From Octopus sinensis (Eukaryota), in NCBI RefSeq assembly GCF_006345805.1, contig NW_021832376.1, positions 1 through 64,000 of the forward strand: a stretch of DNA of 64,000 nucleotides, given 5' to 3'. Shown here piece by piece: positions 23,651 through 34,910 of this stretch; positions within the stretch are counted from its first letter, which is position 1; every line of letters begins with the position of its first letter. The position numbers were made by a program, and so were the translations under genes. Below the pieces are notes generated by a model, which had not been told where the DNA came from, made no database searches, and was given only the letters and a program-made list of their open reading frames with translations.

Positions 23651-23788
23651 TATTTAATAACATGTATAAACTAAGTTATTTTCAATAATAAAAAAAACTC
23701 TATTATTTTTTCTTTTCAGTTGCAGTCTGATTTTATCATTCACCATTCCAAAAATCTAATCTAGAAAAACTACCTGTAAATTTACCAA

Positions 23789-23897
23789 ATGTCTCAAGTA
23801 CCTGGATTGCAAGTGTATGACGGAAAACCATCAAGGCCATATTTTAAAGACTCAGATTCAAAATATGTTCGGCTTGCTAAGGAACGTGGAGTGAAAG
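23789..23897 (+). CDS. C7orf57: C7orf57-like (DUF5524) protein, coding exon: MSQVPGLQVYDGKPSRPYFKDSDSKYVRLAKERGVK
   Basis: Resembles the recalled SQIPGL...TDSEYVKLAKQGG motif of C7orf57. Acceptor TTTTCAG at 23719 and a weak phase-1 donor G|GTTACA at 23898. Confidence 0.7.
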
Positions 23898-24114
23898 GTT
23901 ACAAGTTCAATCCATTTTTCAACTACCGATTCTAATATTCCATGCTGTTTTTCTTTTGATTTTTCTCATTCTGTTATTGTCACACATTGTCTTCACCTTT
24001 GTTCTCTAATTCTGATATTGCCATGCACTACCTTCACTTTGGTTCCTTCGTTTTGATAATATTATACACTGCTTCCTCCATGGTCCCCTGGTTTTGATAG
24101 TATTATGGATTGTC

Positions 24115-24848
24115 TTAACCCTTTCATTACTGTATTTATTTTGAGATGCTCTGTGTTTCTTTCAATTAATTTGAAATATAACAAAGAATTTAGTAAAATA
24201 ACTTAGTTATCATTCAGCTAGTGTTAGGAACATAAATTGTGACTAAAGTTTGGTGGAAGATTTTAATTCAAAACTTATGAAAACAAGACATTTGTACTAC
24301 AGAGCCAGAACCAGTTTCAGCCAGGTTGGTATCAAAAGGGTTAAGAATTGTTTCTCTATTATATATTTCAACCCTTTTGTTACCATATTTCTGTTGAGAT
24401 GCTCTGTGTTTCTTTCAATTACTTTAAATATAACAAAGAATTTAGTAAAATAACTTAGTTATCATTCAGCTAGTGTTAGGAACATAAATTGTGACTAAGG
24501 TTTGGTGGAAGATTTTGATTCAAAACTTATGAAAACAAAACATTTGTACTACAGAGGAAGAGATGGTTTCAGCCAGGTTGGTATCAAAAGGGTTAAGAAT
24601 TGTTTCTCTTTTATATATTTTAACCCTTTTGTTACCATATTTCTGTTGAGATGCTCTGTGTTTCTTTCAATTATTTTAAATATAACAAAGAATTTAGTAA
24701 AATAACTCAGTTATCATTCAGCTAGTGTTAGGAACATAAATTGTGACTAAGGTTTGATGGAAGTTTTTAATTTTAAACCTACGAAAACAAGACATTTGTA
24801 CTACCGAGCCAGAGCCGGTTTCAGCCTGGTTGGTATCGAAAGAGTTAA
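24115..24848. mobile_element. Three tandem piggyBac-like MITEs (TTAA|CCC...GGG|TTAA), 252-bp period
   Basis: Units start near 24115, 24367 and 24619 and are separated by a near-identical ~24-bp spacer. The ORF track repeats at 24250, 24502 and 24754. Confidence 0.75.
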
Positions 24849-24849
24849 G

Positions 24850-25300
24850 GCGAGCGAGCTGGCAGAACAGTTAGCATGCTGGACAAAATGCCAGCATTTC
24901 GTCTGTCTTTACATTCTGTGTTCAAATTCTGCCAACCCTATGGGTTTGTTAAAACAAGTACCAGTTCCTCACTGGGGTTGATGTAATCAACTTACCCACT
25001 CCTATGAAATTGCTGGCCTTGTGCCAAAATTTGAAACGTATAACATCCGTGTCGGTGGCACGTAAAAAGCACCATCCGAATCGTGGCTGAAGCCAGTGCC
25101 GCCTCGACTGACACCTGTGTCGGTGGCACGTAAAAAGCACCCACTACACTCACGGAGTGGTTGGCGTTTGGAAGGGCATCCAGCTGTAGAAACATTGCCA
25201 GATAAGACTGGAGCCTGGTGCAGCCTTCTGGCTTCCCAGATCCCCGGTCGAACCGTCCAACCCATGCTAGCATGGAGAACGGACGTTAAACGATGATGAT
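24850..25300 (+). mobile_element. Diverged SINE family B followed by an RTE 3' tail
   Basis: GAGCTGGCAGAA head, then hairpin units and a (GAT)n tail. Confidence 0.75.
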
Positions 25301-25683
25301 GGTGATGATATCACAAACTGTCTTCACCTTTGTTCCCTGATTCTAATAATGTCTTCTCCTTGGTTCTCTAATTGTGATAATTTCATAGAGAGTCCCCACC
25401 TTGGTTCTCTGATTTTGATCAAGGTTTTGAAGTCTACACTAGAACAGTGTATTTATGTTGTGTTTTAGGTTGGAGTTTATCATAATTTCATATCTGGTTC
25501 CCTAGCTGGCAGGGGTTAGACCTGGGTTCTATTATTTTATTTATTGACCCTGTTAGAAGCCTTTATTACATTTCTTTTAATAAATTGAAACTGTATTATA
25601 AGATCCCTTGGGTTGTAGACTTAATTTATTACCAAATTTGAAACTGTCACCTGGTCTTTGGATGCTTTTAGCAGAGTCTGCAT

Positions 25684-25925
25684 CAGTGGTCCTCAACTGG
25701 GGTCCATATGAGATTTTGTTGATAAAATTATCTGCAACAATTTGGTTATGCCTCTACAATACACAAAATATTTCAATAATTTCTTTTATATATATAATTT
25801 CTAAAAATATGTAATTATAAAAATATAATAGGAAGTTTTAAACATTGATTGGATAAGTAGGTCCATCTGAGTAAAATCGAAATGAAAGGGTGTCCACAGA
25901 TAAAAAAAAATGTTTGGGAAACAGT
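25684..25925. mobile_element. hAT-like MITE, diverged
   Basis: Starts CAGTGGTCCTCAACTGGGGTCC. The body resembles 16560-16899 and the right TIR is degenerate. Confidence 0.5.
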
Positions 25926-26052
25926 GGCTACACTGAAGCACATATTTATACCAGGTTTCTAGTCTGAAGAGTCTTTTCCTCCAACCCCTCCCTCCAGCCT
26001 CAAAGACCCTGTAAATGGTCATGGACACCGCCTTTCATCTTCTATCCAAATC

Positions 26053-26462
26053 ATGTGGCTGTGTGGTAAGTAGCTTGCTAACCAACCACATGGTTCCGGG
26101 TTCAGTCCCACTGCGTGGTACCTTGGACAAGTGTCTTCTACTATAGCTTTGGGCCGACCAAAGCCTTGTGAGTGGATTTGGTAGACTGAAACTGAAAGAA
26201 GCCCGTCGTATATATATATATGTATGTGTGTGTGTATGTGTATATGTTTGTGTGTCTGTGTTTGTCCCTCCAACATCACTTGACAACCGATGGTGGTGTG
26301 TTTACGTCCCCGTAACTTAGCGGTTCGGCAAAAAGAGACCGATAGAATAAGTACTAGGCTTACAAAGAATAAGTCCCGGGGTCGATTTGCTCGACTAAAA
26401 GGTGGTGCTCCAGCATGGCCGCAGTCAAATGACTGAAACAGGTAAAAGAAAGAAAGAAAGAA
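26053..26462 (+). mobile_element. SINE family A, full length
   Basis: Head and tail intact. Confidence 0.9.
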
Positions 26463-26679
26463 AGTTGTTTGATAGAATCTGTAGAGCAACAGAAACCATG
26501 TCTTGTGCTATCTTGTTGTCCCCCTTCCTGGATCACAAGTCACATTTTGGAGGCTGATGTAAGTGACAGTTTCTTCCGAACCAAATTTGCGACCTTGTGG
26601 ACTATATTGGAAATCATCATCGCCACCGCCACCACCACCACCACCACCATTATTATTATTATTATTAATCAAATCAAAA

Positions 26680-27300
26680 CAAATCAAAATAGATGAACAT
26701 CAATGGAATTTGTATCTTTGTGGTACCAGTGCCGGTGGCACACAAGAAAATCATCCGAACGTGGCCGTAGCCAGTACCGCATAGACTGGCCTCCGTGCTT
26801 TGGGGACGTAACAAACACCATCCGATCGTGGCCGTCCGCCAGCCTCATCTGGCACCTGTGTCGGTGGCACATAAAAACACCATCCGAGCGTGGCCGTCTG
26901 CCAGCCTCGTCTGGCACCTGTGTCGGTGGCACATAAAAACACCATCCGAGCGTGGCCGTTCGCCAGCCTCGTCTGGCACCTGTGTCGGTGGCACATAAAA
27001 ACACCATCCGAGCGTGGCCGTTCGCCAGCCTCGTCTGGCACCTGTGTCGGTGGCACATAAAAACACCATCTGAGCGTGGCCGTTCGCCAGCCTCGTCTGG
27101 CACCTGTGTCGGTGGCACATAAAATCACCCACTACACTCTCGGAGTGGTTGGCGTTAGGAAGGGCATCCAGCTGTAGAAACACTGCCAGATCTGACTGGC
27201 CTGGTGCAGCCTTCGGGCTCCCCAGACCCCAGTTGAACCGTCCAACCCATGCTAGCATGGAAAACGGACGCTAAATGATGATGATGATGATGATGATTAT
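26680..27300 (+). mobile_element. RTE 3' UTR/tail containing five 62-bp tandem hairpin units (26819-27128)
   Basis: CATCCGAGCGTGGCCG...GTGTCGGTGGCACATAAAAACAC recurs every 62 bp. The copy ends in (GAT)n. Confidence 0.9.
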
Positions 27301-27629
27301 ACTTCTCAGAGTGCTTGGCCTTGTTTTCTATGGTTGATTCTGTGAGAACGGATACCAGCCTGCCGTCAGAGGTCTCACAGGGTCTCTTTCCACACATTAT
27401 AAGCTTTGATACTTGATTGTTAATTATCGTGTGAGACATTCAACATCCAAGCACCAATCTAAAAACCCTGGCTGACCCCAGCAGAGCAGTTTTGGGGGCT
27501 TGCTCTGCTCTCGTACCAATTCCGATTTCTATGACATATTTCTTGAACCCTGGCTGTTAGTGTCCTGAGTGCCCCTAGAACTACTGGGATGACAGACACT
27601 CTCCTCATAGTCCACATTCTTGCAATTTC

Positions 27630-27660
<31 letters not shown>

Positions 27661-27730
27661 CTTCTTCTTCTCCTCCTCCTCCTCCTCCTTCTTCTTCTTC
27701 TTCTTCTTCTTCTTCTTCTTTCTTCTTCTT

Positions 27731-27798
<68 letters not shown>

Positions 27799-27800
27799 GT
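27630..27800. repeat. (CTT)n/(CCT)n/(ATT)n compound microsatellite
   Basis: Directly visible. Confidence 0.95.
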
Positions 27801-28509
27801 TGTGATGTTGTAATTGTCTTTACTGTTGTTGTTGTTGTTGTTTTAGATTTGTTAAAACATGAAGAAACTGCTGGGAAGCCAGATGCTGTACCTTATAATC
27901 GAGTAAATTGGTTTTATTTGGAAGACAATGCCGTAGAAGATGCCCAGAAGAAGAAGAGTGTGTAAGTTCTTCATCATTGTTGTTAACTCTGTCTGTGAGA
28001 ACGCCTACAACCATAGGGGTTCCACTTATGACCATCCTATCTTTTCATGTTTCAAAGGCATTGTCTGATGTGTCCTTGTTTGTGTAACACATAAGATCAT
28101 CATCATCATTGTTTAACGTCTGCTTTCCATGCTGGCATGGGTTGGACGATTTTGACCGGGGGCGGGGGGGGCGAACCAGATGGCTACACCAGGCTCCAAT
28201 CTTGATCTGGCAGAGTTTCTACAGCTGGATGCCCTTACTAACGCCAACTACTCCGAGAGTGTAGTGGGTGCTTTTTACTTACCACCGGCATGGGGGGCCG
28301 TGTAGTTTGAGGGAGGTTTGACTGCCATTTATAGCAGTTCAACAAGTGAGTATATAGAGTCTCTCTTGGCTCTGAATTGTGTTTGTTGTTTTTATTGAGG
28401 AAGGACAAATTTGTAACTAAGATGAAGGCTGAGTAGCTCATTACTGATTCTCAGATTTACGTAGATAGCAACTCGTTATAGTAACAGTGATGTTGCTACA
28501 GAATGGCCA

Positions 28510-29265
28510 CATATCTAAGCCCACTTATGCATACCTTTCCTTCTTTGGACACAAAACTCTGTTTGCGAAAACCTGTTGAGACAAGTGAAATCGAAATTGA
28601 ATTCGAAATCGAACCACATCCGACGACTGGCACCCATGCCAACCTCCCTTCATTGGACACTAAACTCTGCTTGCGAAGACCTGTTGGGGCAAGTGAAATC
28701 GAAATTGAATTCGAAATCGAACCACATCCGACGACTGGCACCCATGCCAACCTCCCTTCATTGGACACTAAACTCTGCTTGCGAAGACCTGTTGGGGCAA
28801 GTGAAATCGAAATTGAACCAAATTCGATGACTGGCATCCAGTCGTTGCCAGTGCCGCTGGACTGACTCCTGTGCAGGTGGCAAGTAAAGAAACACTGTTT
28901 CGACCCTGTGCTTGAGGTGACCTATTGAGTCAAATACATCAACATCAAAAATCAATGGAAATTGTAAAAAGCACCACCCGAACGTGGCCAATGCTAGCGT
29001 CACCTTGACTGGCTTCTGTGCCAGTGGTACGTAAAAAGCGCCAACCGATCGTGGCCGTTGCCAGCCTCCCCTGGCGCCTATGCTGGTGGCACGTAAAAAG
29101 CACCCACTACACTCACGGAGTGGTTGGTGTTAGGAAGGGCATCCAGTTGTAGAAACACTGGCAGATCAGACTGGAGCCTGGTGCAGCCACCTGGCTTCCC
29201 AGACCCCGGTCGAACCGTCCAACCCATGCCAGCATGGAAAACGGACGTTAAACGATGATGATGAT
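28510..29265 (+). mobile_element. RTE 3' UTR/tail with an internal 108-bp unit repeated about three times (28535-28830)
   Basis: CCTCCCTTCATTGGACAC starts at 28643 and 28751. The copy ends in (GAT)n. Confidence 0.85.
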
Positions 29266-29846
29266 ACTTTACTGATTGGTTTGTTTTCTAGGCTTTATTT
29301 CTGTTGAGTTAGAAAACAGAGATGTCTTCAAGCTTTGTATTGTTGGGACACAACTTTATCTTGATACTATAACCAGGCCTGGTTGTCTAACTCAATGAGA
29401 ATAACTCCTCCACAGAGCCAACTTCTGTTTTTGCTTCATTTTTTTTTTCTAAAATTTCCCCAAAACTATCCTGCCGGTCACCAGGATACTGTTTCCATCT
29501 TAGGAAAATACACAACATTATGTTATTATTTGGCCAAGATGGTTTATTTGTTGTAATTGATAATTATATTCACTGGTGGATGTGCCCTTCTCATCACTAA
29601 TTATTCATCTGAAGTAGGATGTGATCAAGCTTGTCTCTGCTCAGTCAGGCAAATTGTAACAAGCAGAGTTAAGTGACTTGCTCAGAGGCTTAACTCTATG
29701 ACACTAGTACAATTTGAACTTGTGACCGTGTGATTACTATTGTAGCACCCTAACCTTGTAGTTACTACATCTTGTATACATAAATGTTATGCATTTTTTT
29801 ATAATCTTTTACTTAATTTTTATGTATTATTTATTATCTATTGAAG

Positions 29847-30221
29847 CAATTGGACGTTTGGTGCCCCAGAATATATGAGTACTGTTCCCTCACCCCACTC
29901 CGAGTCTAGTGAGACCAAAGAAGACTACGAGGTTTCAAGCCCCAAAGAGTGTGAAGTGAAACCTGTGAAAACTGAACCAGCTGGACTCAATAAAAAACCT
30001 GAAACCTATGATCACCCATTTATTCACGGTTATTACTCTCCAACTGAGCCCAAGGAGAGCAAAACTGAAGAGAGAGAAGAGGAATATGTAAGTGATCAGT
30101 TGTCAGAGGGGAACGATATTGAAAATGTGATGGCCGAACCATTACCTGTGACACAGCAGATTAAGAAAGCTACTGCACATCCACAGCAATGGAAAAACCC
30201 AATAACACAGACTGAAATAAG
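29847..30221 (+). CDS. C7orf57: C7orf57-like protein, internal exon (NWTFGAPEYMSTVPSPHSESS...TQTEI)
   Basis: Acceptor TTGAAG| at 29846, open frame, and donor AG|GTTTGT at 30222 whose phase matches the next exon. PEYM resembles the recalled PDYM motif. Confidence 0.7.
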
Positions 30222-30710
30222 GTTTGTGACTCCTGTTTCCAGTTTTCTCTATCCTTCATAAACACTGTGTCTTCATGTTAAACCTGTGTCGTCCCCCCCA
30301 TCATGTCCACATGTCACCTCTGTCTCCACTGTGTCTTCATGTCAACCTCGTGTCTCAATTGCCATCTTAATTCAACTCCATCTCCACTGTTTTGTCATCA
30401 GCTCTTGTGTCTTCACTCTCCTCTCTGTCTCCTCAATTCTGTGTCCACTCTGTCTCATCTCAACAACTTCCCCCTCTCTATTACCTCCTGATGTCAACAC
30501 AAGACTCAGATTGTTGCCTCCTCTTTACTTTATGTTCCCACTGTCTCCTCACATCAACTGTGCTGCCTAGCTGTCTCCTTGTTCCAACTATTTCCTCATA
30601 TCAGCTGTCTCCTTACTCTCTCCTCGTATCAATACTGTGGCTCTACTCTCTCCTCATGTGATTTAAGACTATGTTTCATCTGCCTGTCACACTGTTCATT
30701 CATACATTTG

Positions 30711-30982
30711 TGTTACGCCAAACTGTGTCAGGTTTGGCGTATAATTGGGTAGAGATGTCTTGGATTAAAGGAGATACATGGGTACCTTCGTAGAAGAGAG
30801 AGAGAGAGGAGAGAAAATGGAGAAAATCTGATGGGGGTTTGTACACTCAAGTGACTGGGAGGTGTATATAAGTGAAGTGGAACCAAGGGTTGGCTAAAGC
30901 GTATTTATGTATTGGGGGGGGGGGGTTTTTGTGTATTCTTTCTGAGTCCCCTGTTTACCTGATCTATGTTGGAGTGTTACCA
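30711..30982 (+). mobile_element. Possible solo LTR
   Basis: TG...CA ends (TGTTAC...GTTACCA) and an internal TATATAAG. No TSD found. Confidence 0.25.
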
Positions 30983-31062
30983 AGTTAATTGCACAGATCA
31001 TTTAGAACCCCATTACTTTGTGTGTGTGTGTGTGTGGAGGGGGTGTATCGATGATGATGATG

Positions 31063-31096
<34 letters not shown>

Positions 31097-31399
31097 CACC
31101 GTCACCGTGACCGACCAGGCAATCAGATGTTGCTACACATCGCTGGTCACAATGCACTTCGCATTGTTTTAGCCTTCAAATGACGCCACCCCGCTGGCTA
31201 AGTGAGCAGGCCAACAGAAGAAAGAGTGAGAGGAAGTTGTGGCGAAAGGGTACAGCAGGGATCACCACCCCCTGCCGGAGCCTCGTGGAGCTTTAGGTGT
31301 TTTCGCTCAATAAACACTCACAATGCCCGGTCTGGGAATCGAAACTGCGATCCTACAACCATGAGTCTGCTGCCCTAACCACTGGTCCATTGCGCCTCC
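31097..31399 (-). mobile_element. tRNA-derived SINE (third family)
   Basis: Minus-strand head GGAGGCGCAATGGACCAGTGGTTAGGGCAG...GTTTCGATTCCCAG. Confidence 0.75.
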
Positions 31400-31719
31400 A
31401 CATATATATATATATATAGAAAGAGAGAGAGAGAAAGAAAAACCCACCTAGGCTTTTGAGATAAAGATAGCATATATTTCATCAACTATACCACACTCTC
31501 TCTCTCTCATTGAATTGTGTACTTACAAGGAATTGCAGCCACATCTTCTGAATTCATGTCTGTCATCTTAAGGGACATACATGTTAGATAATGTAGCTCT
31601 AGGTTTCACTGAAATACAAGATAGTGATGGCCTTTGATTACCGGTCTGCTCTATTAGGGTTGAGCTGACATGAAACAACAAGAACTGCAAGTTACTGACT
31701 TACTGACCACAATGTTCTG

Positions 31720-32077
31720 ACAAACTGACTTAGAATTTTTTTCCACATTATAACTGTCCCGGCTTGTTGTATGTCCTTCAATGCAGGCATTTCAAAAAGC
31801 TGTTCTTCCATGTGTCTAACACACGTGGACATGCCTACAAAGTCAGAAAACAGCACAGCTCCCATGACTTTCGGAAACATTTTTTCACGCTCAGGGTTGC
31901 TGAAGCGTGGAATAAACTGCCTGCATCAGTTGTTGACTGCCATGACACTGCATCCTTTAAGGCCCTCATGCTTCCCGAAATCCGTCGAAACTACACCTGA
32001 TTATATATACACTTTAGATGAGTTGTAGTGCACCTGAGCACTGTACACAATTATTATTATTATTATTATTATTATTA
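31720..32077 (+). mobile_element. CR1-clade LINE 3' end with (ATT)n tail
   Basis: SNTRGHAYKVRKQHSSHDFRKHFFTLRVAEAWNKLP. Close to the copy at 48320-48960. Confidence 0.9.
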
Positions 32078-32122
32078 CACACCCGATTGTCCATAACTAA
32101 GTAATCTTCTTTTAACTTTCAG

Positions 32123-32279
32123 TGGTGATGCTCCTATGAAAGGATCTGGAAAGAAATGTTGTCCAAAGGAAAATGCTTGCACTTCGATGTCGAAGCTCTT
32201 GTCATTTGGCTATGCTCAAGATTGGCATTCCAGAAAAGATGGATCAGGAGAATCGAACAGCCCCAATCAGAAACCTTAA
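32123..32279 (+). CDS. C7orf57: C7orf57-like protein, terminal exon (SGDAPMKGSGKKCCPKENACTSMSKLLSFGYAQDWHSRKDGSGESNSPNQKP*)
   Basis: Acceptor TTTAACTTTCAG|, in-phase join AG|T, and stop TAA at 32277-32279. TSMSKLLSFGYAQDW resembles the recalled TNFSKLISNGYKDEW motif. An AT-rich 3' UTR follows with AATAAA near 33160. Confidence 0.8.
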
Positions 32280-32787
32280 AAGTTTTATATATATATAAAT
32301 GCATGTATGTATGTGTACTTATATGTAGATATAAATTAATAAATTAATAATTACCTAATTACAATCTTGGAGAAATTTGCACATTCCACAATATATATTG
32401 AGTGATACAATTTGCATAATGTACATTATGTATGTGATGTAATGCGAGTAATGATGTCTTACATCATCCACTATAACATATACCTGATGTGTGTGTGTGT
32501 GTCTGTGTGAACATAGTTGATATGTATGTGAATGTATATATATATGTATATATAAGAAAGTTGGTTTGTGAAAGCACGTGGTTGAATATATAGAAAATAG
32601 TAAAAAGTGAAAAAACTACATATATATATGTATATATACACACTAACATTTGTTTTTATAAGTGTCAAAATATGTATAGAATGATACAAATTAGATGATA
32701 TTTTTTCGAATGTAGAATTGCCGTCAGAACAGCAAAAAATACTGGGTGAATTACTCTTACAAAGTGGAAAAATTTGTCAACAACCTA

Positions 32788-32822
<35 letters not shown>

Positions 32823-33279
32823 TTAAGTAGTTGAATGAATTATCTTAGTGTGGATAATTCGGTTAACCGATACCTGAGTAGCAAATTCACGTCAGAAAAA
32901 CACAGTCGAAGCTACATGCCAAGGGCAGAGATCACGTGCTTTCGTGTGGAAATTTGTGTGTTTTTTTTTATATATATATATTTATTTATATATATATACC
33001 ATATTTTCCACCAGCATATGAGATGTGCTTTTTTTTTTTCTTAATGTATCCAAAAATTGCTCTGCATCTAATGCAGCTGTGTTACAGGTGGGAGACTGAA
33101 CATCATAAACTAAAGAGCTGAATAAGCATAATTCCAGTCGGCACAATAATTGTTAATACTAATAAAACATTGAAAGTAAGCCAAATTGTCACAGACTGAC
33201 AACAAAAACTTACTAAAAAATTGCTTAGAGTATGGCAGTTATGTAGGGACATCACATCTCTAAATTTTGTTACATTACT

Positions 33280-33415
33280 TATGTTGGACGGATATGTGTC
33301 GTCATCTTGCTTGTAGTTACCACAACATTTCAGCTGATTTACTCTCCACCCTTCATCAGGTGTCCTGGTGGAATTTTGAACCCAACCCTGGCTTCTCATT
33401 CCTCAGGTATTTTTT
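33280..33415 (-). mobile_element. Penelope-like fragment with a degenerate minimal hammerhead (33321-33362)
   Basis: Minus strand reads CAC-CTGATGA-AGGGTG...CAGCT-GAAA-TG-TT-GTG. Confidence 0.5.
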
Positions 33416-34518
33416 TGATGATGTCATTGTCATTTATTTATTTATTTATTTGTTCAAGGTAGTGCCTCGAATTGAACTTGCAATCTTGGAGCTTGTAGCC
33501 CATGCTCTTAACCATTATGCTATATGCCTGTGGGGTGTTGAAGAAAAGTGGGGTAATAATGGGGTGGCCAATAGGGGGCGATATGACATTAAAAAAAGCC
33601 CCCAAAATATTGGGTTGATTAGGTTGAGTTTTATTTACTCGATTACTCTTTTACTTGTTTCAGTCATTTGACTGCGGCCATGCTGGAGCACCGCCTTTAG
33701 TCGAGCAAATCAACCCCGGGACTTATTCTTTGTAAGCCCAGTACTTATTCTATCGGTCAATTACTTATTCTATTTGTAAAATATAGTTTTGAATTTGATG
33801 CAGAAAGTGGGTCTATTTTTGTGGTGGTGATGGGATGGGTAGGGTGGGTGGCTAGGAGTATGGTTGGGTGCCAAAGGGGTGGCAACCTGAAAAAGTGCGG
33901 GTACAACCGGTCTAAATAAAATGAAAAGAAAAATCTAGAAAGATGAAAGAAATGTTAAATTTTCATCCATTTGCTAGCAATTTGCAGCAAGTGGATGACT
34001 ATAAAGCCATAGTGCTGTTGCTCCACCCTGGTGGCCTGTTGTGGTTACAAAAACCATCAAGGTAGCAAGCTGGCAAAATCATTCCAACCCCAGGCAAAAT
34101 GCTTAATGGCATTTTGTCTGTGTTTATATTTGTGTGGAGGCATGTAGCTTAGTGGTTAGGGTGTTACACTCATGATTGTAAGATTGTGGTTTCAATTCCT
34201 GGACCAGGCAACATATTGTGTTCTTCAGCAAAACACTTCATGTTGTCCCAGTCCACTCAGCTGGCGAAAATGAGTCACTTTGCAACAGACCAGTGTCCCA
34301 TCCAGCTGGGGAATGTATATGCCAGGAAATTAGGAAACCGGACCTTGTGAGTCAGTGTGACTTGAAATGGTAACTTTATCTTTTGTTACATAAGCCGTCA
34401 CAGCCAGGAACATGAGCTTCACATCCTGTACGGCATTTCTCTACCGAAATACAAACAACAATACCATTGATCTGAAACTGAAATATATACTCCCATAACA
34501 TAGTATATTTATGATTAA

Positions 34519-34910
34519 CTAGCAGTATTGCCCGGCGTTGCTCGGGTTTGTTTCGACCCTTTAGAATTGAAATTTTTGGAAAGTAAACATTTTGCATTAT
34601 GTAGCTTGTTATTCTCTTTAAGGGAATGTTTTTCTGCTTGAAATACAGTGAAAAATGGTGACACAGCATTAAAAAAATCGTAAAAAATAGGGATTTTCAT
34701 AGAAAAAAAGCACCTTTTTGATGTAAATAATCTTTGGTGTTAACATGGTCCGATATGAATTTTTTCTTCTACGGAAGGAAGAGCAAGCCTTCTTCTATCA
34801 TACTCTCAATTTTGGTCAACTTGCACCACAGGGTCTTGGAGGAGATAGTGTTAGTTGAAGGCTACCGAACCTGGCACACACAGACAACTTCAGCTTTATA
34901 TAGAGAGAGA
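34519..34910 (-). mobile_element. Non-autonomous Helitron
   Basis: Minus strand has a 5' TC start, a subterminal hairpin CCCGAGCAACGCCGGG and a 3' CTAG end. It is inserted between host A and T. Confidence 0.85.

Noticed and set aside
26469-26696. 75-aa ORF with a strong internal donor (GAT|GTAAGT) as the missing C7orf57-like exon
   Set aside because: In this frame the donor is phase 0 where phase 2 is needed, the acceptor is purine-rich SINE tail, and the similarity is weak. Kept only as an alternative.
26680-27300. Palindromic repeat plus spacer arrays resembling CRISPR
   Set aside because: The context is eukaryotic, there are no cas genes, the spacers are related to one another, and the arrays are part of a dispersed RTE 3' UTR.
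30260-30700. Cys/Ser/Leu-rich ORFs after the C7orf57-like exon
   Set aside because: Low-complexity CT-rich intron sequence downstream of a good donor at 30222.
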